A DNA stretch of 64,000 bases from Cercozoa sp. M6MM (GCA_040357565.1 JBDODJ010000004.1); one strand, 5' to 3'; counted from the first letter of the stretch, positions 24,230-40,374 are shown. Numbers and translations are program-made. Notes: generated by a model from the sequence alone, not told the origin.

Positions 24230-27200
24230 ACTTACAGAAGTCGCTGTTTTATACCAACGGCCCACCTTCTTTCAGACTAAGGTGTATTGTGCCAAACCCA
24301 CTAAGGTATATTGTCTGATAAACCATACCCACTTAGTGCAGATAACCATTAAAGTTAATTAAACCTTCATGACTCAGTAAAAAACCGCACACTTAAGTAC
24401 CGTATTGCCCAAAGAAGAAATTGCGCCGCAACACCAATTGGGCCGCTAACCAGAGTGCACGAGTGTTTGTAAATCCTTATTGGGCACCGAAGCATTTGTA
24501 GCCTCCTGCACGCGTCATAATTTGTTCGTCGGTCGAGCGGAAGGTCGGGTTTTCGCACTGAGATGAAGCTGTTGCGGAAGCTGGCGATGCGCGCCATGGG
24601 CATGCGCGAGATGCCACCAGAGATGGTGGCTGCCTTTGGTAACATGGGCAAGTCGGTACCGTGATCTGCTTGATGTGTGGTCATAAGAAACCTGACTCAT
24701 TCATTTGGCTGACTGAGCAGGCCATTGACAATATGAAATGGACGCGTCTGCTGGGCTCCGTGCGAGCGTAGGACCAGATTTAAGGGAGCGATGCACTGGA
24801 CATTAAAGTGTTCTTGTGTGTGCAGTCACCGAGGCGCATTTTCTGTCGGAAGCGTCGAGGGCCATCCTCTGCCGCCGCCCAACGGCTTTGTACCCTTTAC
24901 TTTGACTCCCTTGACTTTGCCTCTGGCTCCTGGATCCCTTTGACCTTTGGCTTTTCTACCCCTGAGCCTCTGACCCTTGCTTATTCTATCTTTGTATCTT
25001 TACCTTCTTCTGCTCAGGAGCAGCCGGAAGGGCCCAAGAGTGGCGTCTATGTCGGTGAATGGGCGCGCGATGTCGTTGAGGTATTCCTTGCTGTTTGTAC
25101 ATGGGGGGGAGGGTAAGAAGGGTGAGAAATAGTGTACCCGTGTGTGTATATGTGTGTGCTGCAGGTGTTGGCAGAGGCCCTGGCGACGCGGCCGCGCGAA
25201 GTGGCCAAGTCGAAAGTTACTTTGCTGACGCCGGCGCTGCGAACCAAGCTGCGCGCTGCTCTCAATGTATGACTACTTACCCATCTACTCTTTGTATTCC
25301 CATTACCCCCTCCCCCCTGTACTCTCCTTACCCTCCGTCACCTTTTACCCTTTCATCTATTTTTCACTCCTTTCATCCCTTTACTCCTCCCGTTGCAGGA
25401 CAAGGAGAGCGAGGTGTACTCGATCGTGACACACCGAGCGCCGGTAGATGCGCCGCCGCCCATCACCAGCAACACTGTCGTGGAGGTGCTTTACCCCCTC
25501 TGCTCCTTTTCCCCTTCATCCCCTCTACCTCTTCTTCGCATTCCAGGTCGGCCAAGCACTGTCTTCGTTCGCGTCCAAGAAGCGACACAGCAAAAATGTT
25601 GAGAACGGGAAGGACGACGATTCTGAGGGTGCTTTACCCCCTCCCCCCCCACCCCACCCCTGTTCCTACCTCTTTACCCCTCCCCTACCCAAGAACTGTC
25701 ACCATTCGAGCTGCCGGACGGCGAAGGCGAAGAGGACGGCGAACTGGGCGCACTCATGGCCGACATCGAATCCAAGCAGCAGACAGTGCCGGCGCGTGAG
25801 CTGGCGCGATCGCCGCTGTCGGCACGTGCGCTGCCACCCGGCACGGTTGGCCATGCTTCGGCGCAGGTGAGCGTTTCTCCACTGGGACACCCTCTCTGGT
25901 CTGAGATACCAGTACTCTACCCTGTGTGTCACTGTGTAGTGTTCAAGTGCCACGTGCACGCACATCTGGCAGGACGCACGTGGTCGCTACTACATGCTGC
26001 TTGATGTTGGTACCCTTCTGCTCACTGGGTGATACTATTTGAGTCACGTGGCTCACGTGGGTCATGTGTTTCTGAGTGTGCAGACATGGTGCTGCAGTGG
26101 CACGTGGCCATGGACTTTGAGGATGCCTTGTGGCCCTCGTCGCAGCGATCGCTCCTACGACGGTTTGATTTTTCTCCCTTTATCCTGCCTTTTTCCCCCC
26201 CCCCCCCCCCTGCAGGTACCTGGCAGGCGCCTCGCTGTCGGCTGTGGAGCCTGAGCACGTCGAACAGAAGCGTAAATTGTCTATGTCATACCGTATATAC
26301 GGACGATCCATGTACCAATCCATGCTGTACCGTACCACCTGTACATGTGGACAGAGGACAAGCCGTTCCAGCACTACGGAGAAGGTGCCAAACGCGAGCT
26401 TTCCGACGCTGGTCGCAGTCCCGACGACGATGACAACGTCCCTGCGGCCGTATCTTGCTCCCTTTACCCCTACCCTTACCCCATTTACTTCTTGCCCCTA
26501 TTTACCCCCCCCCACCTTAGGTCCTCGACGCCGAGCGACGCGCCTTTGCCGAGCACTTCGCGCGACTCAAGAAGATGCGTGCCGGTCAGGTGCTGGATGA
26601 GCTCCGGAATCCTGGTACTTTACTATCGTACAAATGGACGGTCCAACGGCCGGGCCAGACTGGATGAGAGTGTATTAACAAGACTATGTTGTGTGCAGGT
26701 GATGACGACACCTCCAACGAGATGCTCACCGAGTGGCTTGGCCGTATGCCCAAGGTACCCTGAATCGAGTTTGCCCATTTGTACCTATGCACTGTGTTCT
26801 TTGTACCGCTGTCTGTGTAGCCATTCGAACGTGATATGACGCCGGGCCTGGTGCTGCAGCGCCGCATCCGAACGAACCTCTTGGTGCGCACGTCGCATCT
26901 CAACGTGTTCGGCGAGCTCGGTACCATTTCTGACTGGACCAGTGGCGACCATGTGGGCCTAGTGTGACTTGAGTGACTCACGTGCCAGTGTACCCGCGTA
27001 TGCACGTGCGCAGAGAGTCACGTGACGCCGCAGCAGCGCGAGCTCATGAAGCAGCTGCAACAGCGCGCGTCGATCGAGGAATCCGCGCACTCGATGCAGG
27101 CGGTACCCCCATACCCCTTTACCCTCATACTCCTTTACCCTCATACCCCTTTACCCCGTACCCCTTTACCCTCATACCCCTTTACCCCCCCCCCCCCCCT

Positions 27201-28593
27201 CCTCCTGTAGCTGAAGGAGCGAGGCGTGATGCGACTTTGGCACGAGGCCAAGCGACTCGCCAAGCAGGAAGCCAAGCGGGTTGAGAAGGAAAGTGACCTC
27301 CTGGTGGCCGGCTTCCTGGACTGGCCCGACCTGTCGCAGCGCGAGTGGTCTGGTAGGCTTGTCCTCTTTACCTCCCCTCCCCCTTATCTTCCCCGGCTTC
27401 CAGAGGAGGACGAGAAGAACCTGGAGGAGTGGTTCGAACAAGACAGCGACAGTCTGACCGAGCAAGGCTTCCGTGAGTTCCTTGGCGAACACTACGAGCG
27501 TGCGCGCCTCGTACGTTGCGCCCTCTTAACCAACGGAAAATGTTTCCGTTCCCTTTAATTTGTGCCGGCTGTCTGTTTGGACAGGTGCCACCCGAGGAGT
27601 TTTTGCGCTGGTTCTCCCTGGACGAGACGGCGCTGCGCAACGTACCTTACTCCCTTACCCCACACTCCCATTACCCCCCCCCCCCCCCCCATTTGCTTTT
27701 GTAAGGTCTGCGCGTTTGCCGACGAGTTGCGCGATGCGACCGTGGAGTACCACAATAAGGTATGCGTCGATCTGGGTGGTCGTTTGTAATCGATCATTTA
27801 GCGTGTGTGCATGCACGTATGTGTGTGTGTGTGTGCCATGTGGCCAGAACAAGCAGCTGGTCGACGAGGATTCCGAAGGGGTCGCGGTGGCGATGCAACT
27901 CAAGATGCCCGAGAAGAACGACATCGAAGTCAAGGAGGTCCACGTCACTCTGAGCGGCGCTCTCAGTGGCAGCTTCGACGGTACACTCACCCATGTGTCC
28001 TGATCGATCACTCGCTCACTCTCGCTCTCACCGTGTGCAGTGGAGTTCGCCTACATGCCGCACGTGCAATCATTTGCGTCGGTCCTGTCGTCTGTCATGA
28101 TGAGCCATAACGGCAAGGTAGCACACCGATAGATATATATATATATATATATAGTCGGTCTGTAGATCTGTGTATCTGTGTATTTGGATGTCTGTGTATC
28201 TGTACTTAGGGTAAACACGTCGAGCTGGCCAAGGAGTACCTGCGACGCATTGAGGCTGCCGCTCAGCGACATGGCGTACCCCCCCCCCAGAAGTGTAACC
28301 CCTGTCTTACATTCATTTGAGCAGATCGATGTGGACGCCCTGGGGGATGACGAAGACCTGCTGCAGGAGGCCGATGCCGACGAGAAGACGCGGCACGCCG
28401 ACACTGAGGATGACGGCGAGCAAGTTGAAGAGCAGGGAGAGGAAGTGGGCGAAGAGCAAGACGAAGAGGAGCAAGAGGCGGAAGAGGTCGATATCGAGAG
28501 CGCCTTCGATGTCAAGGACGTCGATGACGACAACAAACCGCAGGCCATCATGCTGCCGCCGTCGTGTCGCCGCCTGCTGGTTTTACTCTCACG

Positions 28594-30482
<1,889 letters not shown>

Positions 30483-31228
30483 GATGCACCGTTAAAACAC
30501 GATAGCTCTGCTAAAATGGCGTTAATTCTGTATGCACACACGCTGGAAATTATCAATCTACGAGTGGCCACAGACTGCGTTTTTCCCGAAGTTGCCCAGT
30601 CCGAACAACGACTTCGCGGTGAGTAAAAATATAAGTTGCACTGTATGGCCAAAGGACGCCTCTGGTTCTTGCGCGAAGTGCTTGAGTGCCCTTGTGCACG
30701 CGCGTGGTACATACAATGCCGCGACGCCGAAACCCAGCCGCGTCCTTGTTTTTTGTGTTAATGATGGCATTAACAATCCATGGGGCACGCTGACAATTTT
30801 GAAGTTTAATTTTTTTACTAAAAATATCGTTTGCGTCCAAAGCAACTGCTGCTGCATTTTCTTATGGTTTAATTAGAGGAGGCAGATCAAATGCTCACGT
30901 TGTTGCTGTGCACGGTAGCAGCTTCAGGAGGAGCTGCGCATTGCAGTGCGCCGCCAGTCCGCTCCGGTGCCCTACACAAATACAGTGACTTGTTTCTACC
31001 TGAAGACTGGGCAGCTTTTCTTCAAGCTTTAATGATGCGCGTCGGAGTGCCGTGATTGACAACCCCCTGTGTGCATGCTGTATATGTGTTTGTTTTTCTT
31101 TGTGTATGTATCTATATTGGTGATGACTAGGTGTCTACGCATCAGTATCACTTAGGGCGCGGCAAAAAGGTGTAATTTACGTCACAGAACCCGCATCGCA
31201 TGTTCGGCCCTGATTAGTGATCACTCGC

Positions 31229-32459
31229 TCAGTCCTCAAACACAGCCTCGCGTTGTCGGTAAACCATCTCGCGGTGCGCCTGTCTCTCGGAGAGCCAGGC
31301 TTGGACCTTGGTGTCGTACGGGTGCTCGTCGGCGTACTGTCCCGCCGATGTGTCGTTCGGCTGCACAGATACAACAGACATGCTCACATGCACACACTAA
31401 CTGGGCAGGGAAAATACCATAAGCGACGTGGGCGAGTAGCCAGGCATGAAACCAAGGTTGTGGGCAGCGCGCTGCTCGCGTCGATGACGCACCTGAAACA
31501 GCTTGTTCTGCTGGACCTGTACACGCACACAAACAACGTACACCAAAGGCAGGTTTGACAAAAGGACAGGAGTACCGCGCAAGCAATCGGCACGCCGAAC
31601 ATGAGCGTAAACCAGCCAAAGGCTCGGTGTTGGGTCATGATGCGCACGTAGGTCGCCCAACCTACAGCCACCGGCGTTTACTTTAAAGACATTCAGGAAG
31701 TGACCACAGAAAGCTACCGGTAGCGCCAAGCGCCCAGGCGTAGATCGAGTCACCGCCCATGATATCGCGCACACCAAAAAAGCCTAAACACGCATGTGGA
31801 TTGCACGCCCCGTGTCAGTCGATTTCTGCGGAAACGATACCAACAACCGGCAGCATGATGCCGACAGCACCGATGGCGCCCCACTTAGCGTACCTGGCGC
31901 GCATCGTCCTAACAAAACATAGCGGCATGATGAATGCAAAGACAAAGTGAACGGGAAACAAAGCTACATCGACATCATGTGCCGATTTCTGGCACCCATG
32001 ATTTCAGGCGACTAAACATGCACACGTCAACGAATCACGCACACAAATAGAAAATCAAGCAGGCACGCTACCTCCTGATTGACCATGGCCTGGTGGTAGC
32101 GCGTATAGCACGCCGCCAGACCGAACACGGTGCCAACGAACGCGGCCTTGCCCAACGTGACACCCCTACACTGACAGCATGCAGACAGAGCACAAAAACA
32201 GGGATCCACACGCAGCTGCAAAACGCACCAGTTGACTTCGCATGGCACAACCGTCCAGTCGACAAGGGTGCTGTTATCCCTCTTCAACGGGACCTTCGTG
32301 TAGTCCGGCTGCGGCGTACGGAGCGCATCTGCAGGCACACGAGCTTACATAAGTGCAGGCACATAGTCACCAAGACTAGAACTCGAGATAAACTCTCTGC
32401 GACGAGTACAGCACCCAAGAAAAACAATAGAATAGCAACATACCAAACAGCACCTGCAT
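31229..32459 (-). CDS. Small mitochondrial-type membrane protein, Tim17/22/23-NDUFA11-like; start uncertain
   Basis: Four Gly/Ala-rich hydrophobic segments (KAAFVGTVFGLAAC; WGAIGAVGIMLPVVGLFGVRDIMGGDSIYAWALGATVAVG; FTLMFGVPIAC). The gene itself is well supported; the family call is tentative. Confidence 0.5.
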
Positions 32460-32945
32460 TGCACGTCCTTATACTCACAGCACTGAATTGATGCTTGTGC
32501 TAGCAGGGCGTGTCAAAACGTCTGCACACTTAAACGGTTCTGTTTTGATTGCTGAGCCCAAGCAGCTGTGCGGACGGCCCAGAAAATCGGTAAATTTACA
32601 TTGAGTTAAACGCATTGAAAGTTACTTTTTCGTAATCAAACTACATCATTAGAGCATTGAAATAATTGGAGACGTAGGTTATGCAGTGATGGTATTAATA
32701 ACTTTGGGGGACCAGAAAAAACAAACTAAAAACAGAAAGCCGTCGTTACTGAAGCAGCTGCTTTATGAGTGTTCGTTATGAATGAAACTGGCATCGATCA
32801 TTACCCGAACTTGAGCTGCACAGACGAGTTCGGGCGCGTCACGGGCGAGACAGGGCTCTCGCTCGCCGATATGAACACATACGCCAGACGAAAGGCGACA
32901 CGGGAACGCGTTGAGTTGCGTGCCAGAACAGGCATACTGTTGAGT

Positions 32946-34017
32946 TTAGGCGTGTTTCGCTGCGCCATCCCGTGGGAACAACAGCTGCGCGCAGAGACGA
33001 CCGAACGCGTAGACGACACCGACAGCACCTGCAGTGGCGTGCAGCAGTATTGGCAGGAAGGGCAGACTCGGCAGCAATCTGCAAACTTGAACAGTTGTTG
33101 CATACAGCACGCGAAACAAGCAGGGAGGCTACATCGGAGTCAGCACGCAGAAGAACTGCAACACTACAAGTGCATTAACGTAGAGTCGTTCTAACAGGCG
33201 GAGTTTCAGTGCTTGCGGGTGACCCAGCGTACTGAGTGACACGTCCAGCACGTAGTTAGTCACCTGGACACAGGTTTAGTGAAAGCACACCACTGCATAT
33301 GAGGTGAACAACACACCTGCAAACCAAGCGGGTATGAGATCAATCGAATCATCACTTGCGACGGCTCGTGCAGCAGAGGCCTACAGAAAACATGCGACAC
33401 GCAACACATGTGTACATAGTGTCGACCTATATGATAACCAAATGTACAGCATGCCAAAGAAGGAGGCAGCAAACAACACGTAATACAGCCGAGCCATTGA
33501 CTAAAAACACTCCGGCATCAATACAAACAGGGAAAGCAGTAAGAGACAATAAGAGGGAACATACTTGTGACTGGACGCACACCAGCGCCAGTGGCAGCAA
33601 CGAGACCAGCGCTGCCTTCTCGTGCACGTGCCACCCAAACAAAAAGAAGGCGAGATTACACGCGGCCACACAAGGTGCCAGCGCGGACCGTCTCTCCCTG
33701 TCGGAGACATCACAAGAGTGGGAGGAAAAATGAACACAGAGAAAGATACAAGGACGATCGCATGCGCAGCATGGCGACAATGGCCGGCAGGAGTGCCAGT
33801 GTTGAAAGCGACAGCGCCATCACCGGCGACACCTCGGGTAGCACCGAGAGTGTCGTGTTGCCGACAATGCCGCGTGTCGTACCGACCGCTACAGCATTGT
33901 CGGTGTGAATGCCGACCCTGCGAAGCACCAGGTCGAGTGCGTTGTATAGGGCCCAGATGTTCGGTGCCCACAGAGAGTGCGTCAATCCTCGCTTGAACGG
34001 GAACAGCTACACACACG

Positions 34018-34055
<38 letters not shown>

Positions 34056-35127
34056 TGTATATAGACACAAAAAGTACCCTAGACTGAAGCTGCAACAGCT
34101 CACTCTGCCAGTCGCCACACATGACAGTGAAAGGAGCCAGCGACGCCGTTGACACGGCCAGCACGATTCCAGCCAACGTGACAAAGCGGCGCCAGTGGAA
34201 GCTGCTTTTCTTGTCGACACAGAAATCGCACAGCAGAAAGACAAGCACGGCCGGAGCACACGCGACAAAGAGATGCTTCATATGCAGCAGGCACGCGAAA
34301 GCACCGGCACCCAGGTACGTCTTGCTTTCGCTCTGAGTGACTGAGCCTTCCACCAGCAGGGACTACATCATAGACACCCATACCTATAACACCGAGGATG
34401 AAATACACTAAGTACGTTGACACTGTACGACAGAGTAGACGAGGCAGGCGAGTACAAGTGCGTTATACTGGAAGTGCACGTGGTCTACCATCATCAGCGC
34501 AGCGTTGGCACATGTGAGCACCGTCAGGGCCACTGCAGGATCAACAGAGCAATGATTAGTCAATACACTCGTTCATCCAAGGTACCGAAGGAAGTACCGC
34601 CCATGTCACGTCGCAGACAACGACGGAAGAAGCGTCGAACAGCCAGAAACAACAACATGTCGACGGCCAGGACGCTGCCTTTATGCCACGCCTTCTGCGC
34701 ACGTGCATGACATTAGCGTCCGACCACAACATGTGAGAGTTTCACAGTCAAACACTACCACCAAAGCGTGTGCAGGCGCATGTGCATCATCGACGAGCAT
34801 AAGCAAGGGTGAGCTGTCACCTTGCATCCACGCCGCCACGTGTGCCAGCGCACTGGGGAAGTAGGAATTACAGATTGGCCAACACTCATCGTAATGGAAT
34901 GGATGGTGGTACAACTGGAACCACGCGAAGAACGGCGGATAGTCAAGTGTCCACCGCGAGGTGTCGTCATGATACCAATGACATCGTGGTGTGCGCCAGG
35001 TGACGGCAAGCCAGTTACGGTGAACGTCAAGGTCGGTGCTTGCGGGTGTTGGCACCAATAATACGTGCACTGCCAGGGTCAGTAACAGGACCACCGACAC
35101 TGCTGTTGCGTGCAGATGTGTGCTCAT
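32946..35127 (-). CDS. ALG8: Dol-P-Glc alpha-1,3-glucosyltransferase (ALG6/ALG8 family)
   Basis: STDLDVHRNWLAVT, WTLDYPPFFAWFQ, MKHLF, HSLWAPNIWALY, FGWHVHEKAAL, LPFLPILL. Confidence 0.93.
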
Positions 35128-35537
35128 ATAAACGCACACACTCTAGCACAACCAGTGTTCCGTAACTCTTCGCTTTGGGAGAGAAGATGCAAGTTGGCTC
35201 GCGGTGGTCATTTTCATCGTTCCCGGTGATCTTCTGTCAGGCGAAAGCAGTTTACAGCGCATGAGTTAGCCTGGACTGCGCCGGGTTGTGGGTTGCACAG
35301 AAGCAGCTCACGACAATCTGATCAAGTGGTCAGGCGTTTTGATTCGCACTTCTTTCATGATCCAGCGATTTGATCAGTCCCAATGCCACAAGCAACCTGG
35401 CAGACGCGCACACCACGTCTCCTACAGATCCCGACAACTTAACGTGAGTCACCGCACGTGGCGCTGCGTGTGTGCGTGCGTGTGGCTAGAGCCAATCCCG
35501 CAAAAGCAACAAGCAGATCGTCTGAGCAAACTCGATC

Positions 35538-37278
35538 ATGTTAGCGTTTTTTGACGAAGTAAGTCGCTTGCGGGCACATACGTGTGTGGTCATGCCACCG
35601 TCGTGTGTAGTGTGCTACGGCCGTCAAGGAGCTATTTGATGACATCACGGAGGAGCTACTGTCCCCGATTGAGACCGACACTGACTTCTGCCACACTGAT
35701 GTCGACAAGAAGCCGACCGACCCGATTGCCCAGGCTGCTCCGTTCGCTGACAACCAGGAGGACAGCTGCCAAAAATCAAAACTCTCCTCAAAAACTCGGG
35801 TTGATGTGATGCCGCCTCCAGAGACGTGCTTTCAGGTAACTATTTCTTTGTGCTTGCTGCACTGCATCTGGATTTGCGTGTAACAGGTGGCGCGCAGTGC
35901 CCTGAGTGAACCGAACGACGACGCTGCTGTTTTTGTTGACACTGACACTGACGCGAGCGATACTGACGATACTGACGATACTGACGAGCCTTCGCGGAAA
36001 CGCGCGTGCACCGGCTCACTTACCACCTCGCTGTACACCCCACTCTGTATCGCTCTGTTGCTTTGGTTTGAGGGGTTATGGGGTGTGTTAGACCGCCCGC
36101 TGTGTCGTTTGGCGGACCTGCATACACTCAAGTGTCGGAGCAGCATGTGCGGCGTCACTTCCGGTTGCGAGAAGTACTGAAAGAGGTACATCTTTGCCAG
36201 CTGTAAATTACTAGTGAATTTGTGTATGATACTGTTGTGTAGAGAATACACAGCGACCTCGTGCAGCACTCTTTGTCGCAGCAAGCCAAGCGCGCACCCG
36301 TTGATGCTTTCGGTGGCACCTGTCGCTTTGTCGCCGAACTGTTGCAGGTAACATTTTTGGGGTCTCTTCAAACTTGAGTATCATATCGATACTATCTGCG
36401 CAGAAAGAACGGGAAATGGCGCGTGGTACGGTTTCGATGCAGTGGTCAGCATCGGCACCGTCGCCGGCGCCCTGTGCGTCGACACCGTCGGCATCACCGA
36501 CAACAACAGTTCTGGGTACGAAGCGACATCGTCAAGTCGGCGAAGAACCCACCACGTCCAACTGCAACCCCTGTAACGATCCAATATTTCCTCATGTTGT
36601 GTCTTGATCTTTTGTGTTGTTTTAACAGCCATCGTAAACCTCAAGAAAAAGGCACCCCGCAAGTCGTGCCACCAGTGCAAGTAACCTGCCTCACTGGGCA
36701 ATGTGTTGTGCTGGCACATATATGCGTGTGCAGGGCACTTCGCCCGTTGACGGAGCTGAGCTTCTGTGCGACACCGCCACACGTGCTGATCGACGCGATT
36801 CAGCCACGGCGCTGTCGCAAGCAGTACTGCGATCGGTACTTACTGCCTCTCTACCTGAAACCACACACGCGATGCTTGACCGTGACTTATGATATTGTTT
36901 TTAGCTGCCTCGACAAGTACTATAGCGAGGGACCGGCGACGGCAAAGAGTTGGTGCTGTCCTGCCTGCCGCGGCTTGTGGTACTCCATCCCTTTACCCCC
37001 CCCCGTTTGAGGTCTCTTATCGCACAAGCAGCAAGTGCGCCGCGTGTCGTCGCAAAGCCAAAGCGCTTCCCGATGAGGTGCTGGTTACAACCTGTGCCTG
37101 TGCCGTTCAATGTGCACGTTTTGGAATTTAGGATGCTGCCAGAGCACGTGCTAATCTTGCACAAGGTGCACACGTTGCTCACATTCATTTATGTTCCAGT
37201 ATTAGTGTGTATACCGGTACTTGCTTTGATACAGCCGCAGCAACGGTTAGTGACCAGGTCGTCCGCAACCAGCCGTGA
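35538..37278 (+). CDS. zf-4CXXC_R1 domain protein (CDCA7-related domain); end uncertain
   Basis: Spliced SCHQCK...C...CRKQYCDRCLDKYY...WCCPACRGLCKCAACRRK. Confidence 0.8.
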
Positions 37279-37605
37279 CCGTGCAAATCGTATCAAGATC
37301 GCGCACTGATCCGTGGCACACTGCGCAGCGCCAGTTGAATTCTTCCTGGCCTCCTGGATAGACGCGGAAACGACACATTCTGATTTATTTTTACTGTCTT
37401 CAGTTTGTCAAACTTATCGCTTCGTCGACGCGAGGCCTAGGTTTCGTTCGGCTGTTGAGCGAAGCTTGGCGCAACGAGTCACCTCGTAAGCAAGCAAAGT
37501 CTTTCTGACGGTGCCCCAGCAGATTATGGAACGAGCGCACATGGCAAGAAAAAAAAAATACTGTACCGGCAGCATACTTTCCAATTTGCACAAAATCCAC
37601 CGCTA

Positions 37606-40062
37606 ATGGATGGTCTCAGGCTGTGTGCCATCGTCGAAATTGTTGCTACAGTGCGTGGAACCAATTAAATTGCTCTAATGTTCGCGTTTTGGTTCTGTTT
37701 TTGTTTGTTAGATGTGTTTTGTCCTGCAGTTTTTGATCGGTTTGTGGTAGGACGACGCGAGGTCAGTGCCCTTGTACTCGCTTGTTCATGCAGTTGCGTC
37801 CGATGAAACAAGCACAGCTTGCCGGTGCAGCGGTTATTTGGTTGCTGCCTTCGTGAGAAAAAACGAATGGCGCCTTCTTGTACTCTGTTCTGGCGCACAT
37901 TTTCGGGCTTTGGGCGTGCCACGGTAGCCTGAACTTGCGCATGTTCAATGTACTCTAAAGACGGGCAGTTTTTAGCAAGAAACACGAGTGCCTAGTGCGT
38001 CTGCAGTGTTTCGACGCCTACAACGACGACTTGTTTTTCGCCGCCTCTGTCGACAGCGTACAGAGACTGAGTGAAGCGGATGAAGCACTAAAAACGCGTC
38101 TGCTGGCATCGTCGCACAAGTGGCGTTGTGGCTGGAAGTACGATACACGTTCGCCGGTCTCATCCGCAGACGTTGCGCTTGTCTCGATCTCGCTGTCCAA
38201 GATGCCGCGGCCACTTCTGCAGCAGCTGTGCCGTAGCGTGCCTTCACTGGCAGCAGTCTACAACGACATTGTTCTATCACCTGACAGCAACTGTTGCGAC
38301 AAGGTGGTCCACCTGGTCCGCTGGTCGCACGAACCGGCATCAGAACTGATGGTTCTGGCATCGCCCCTGTCGCCTCTGGCAACCGCATTGCACTACTGCC
38401 AGTCGCGTGCTTTCGTTTCACGTCGAGTCACCACGTCCGATGGTTTGGTACATTAACATGGTACATACTAGTGCTGTCTGGTACGATGATGCATTCTTGT
38501 GTACTGCACACTCGCTGACTTGCAGGACGCGCCAGTGCTAGTGTTGGACACGCGAGCACTGCCAGGTAGTGAAGGTGGACTGCTCGTGTGCAACGACGCT
38601 GCCGGCGGTGACATGGCGGTATGCGGGATGCTGACACTGCCGCTTGCACACCAGCACACTGGCCGATCGGTGGTGCCACTTGCTCTGTCGGCACAATGTC
38701 TCTCGCGATACGTGTCATCCTTTCTGTCGACCCTCGAACCGTCCCTCGTGCCGCTGATCCAACAGAGTCACGACCGAGTGATTGAAGAGGCCATTCGGAG
38801 TGTCGTGGTCGTCAAAGTAGGTCCTGTTTGGGCCTCGGGACTCGTGCTGCTATCGCGATCGGACAAAACCTTTGTCGTGACAAATGCACATGTCATTGTC
38901 GAGAACTACGAGACGCACGAAGATGCCTTGCTGCCTGTATATATGCATTCTATTCGTTTGTTTTTGGTACTGTTTGTGTGCCGCAGGAGTCTGTGCAAGT
39001 GCGACTCAACTGCGGCGGTCAAACGCGGTGGATTTCGACCTCTGTGGTAGCCTTTCTCAGTATTGGCGGAAATCTCAGTGTGTAAACCTGGTGTGTGCAG
39101 GAGTGGGTGTCCAGAGGACCCTACGATTTAGCACTGCTATCGTTTGCGACAAACGGAAACTCTGTGCGACAGGTGATCCTGTCTGACTGGTCCACTATCC
39201 CTACAGTACTATTTGTATGCACGATGTACTTGTACAGCTGTCACTGCCGAACGAGCATGAATTTCGCCGCACTGCTTCATCGGGTCGGCGCTGTTTCTCG
39301 CTTGGCTTTGCGCAGTTCGATCCGTGTCTGTCGGACGAAGTGAGTGTCTCGCGTGGTGTTGTCTCTCGTGTCATGTATCTCGATGACAGCGACAATGAAG
39401 GCAAGGCCGTGCTGCTGCATGCCACTGCACGAAATACCTCTGGCAACAGTGGTATTCCAATCTGTCGTTTTTGGTTTGTACTAAAAGCAGTACCCTGTTG
39501 TGTTACAGGTGGCATGGTACTGGCCGAGAATGGAACCGTGCTTGGCATTGTCGTCGCCAATCTCAGTACCTTGTGTTATCAGTGTTTTGTATCGCAAGTC
39601 GAGACTGCTCCCTACCCACAGAGTTCTCGTCCACCGAGTCTCCCGCTGCTGCGGCGGTCCTCTGCGGCGTCAACCTTGCGATTCCGTCGCCCGTGCTCCG
39701 CGCTATTCAACTCTACCTGTACCTTTGTTTTGTGTGTTGCTCTTTGGACCGAGCTGTATGTCTATTTGTCAGCTCCGGCCAGTCTGCGGTCAATGCGTTT
39801 GATGCGTTGAGTCCCGAGAGCGCCGATCCGCGTATTGCCCGTATCTGGGCTATGGTATTGAGAGCCCAGCATCTGTGAAGTCTCGCTCTGTTCAACTACA
39901 GTGTGCTGAATGCAGACTGAGCAATCAAGCGTCTCGACTGACGACAAAAACAGTCTCAGCGGCCAGCAGCGTCGTCGCACTACCACTGTGGATGACAAGG
40001 TGCGCCGGCGTATCGGCCAGTTCCTAGTGTACTGGCAGCTTTCACTTCGTTCGTGTGCCCAG

Positions 40063-40130
<68 letters not shown>

Positions 40131-40332
40131 CATCGTGGGAGTAAATGGGGCAAAGCAAGGGTACCGTGCGGTCGAAGCACGCGGCCAGGATGGAGGCCTC
40201 GGAGGCCAGCGAGCCCGGCTGCGGCGGCGAGTNNNNNNNNNNNNNNNNNNNNNNNNNNNNNNNNNNNNNNNNNNNNNNNNNNNNNNNNNNNNNNNNNNNN
40301 NNNNNNNNNNNNNNNNNNNNNNNNNNNNNNNN

Positions 40333-40374
<42 letters not shown>

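Noticed and set aside
27103-27210. Interstitial telomeric repeat
   Set aside because: Units are CCCTTTA/CCCTTA-like rather than CCCTAAA/CCCTAA, and they are degenerate; the true telomere motif is unknown.
30640-31060. Possible small plus-strand gene between NAXD and the Tim17-like gene
   Set aside because: No consistent start-exon-stop chain or recognisable motif could be built.
36150-36186. CEKY-TGA-KR suggesting UGA recoded as Cys or Sec in a CXXC-like motif
   Set aside because: Intron phase puts this exon in another frame (HVRRHFRLREVLKE) with no stop. TAA, TAG and TGA all serve as normal stops in this window.
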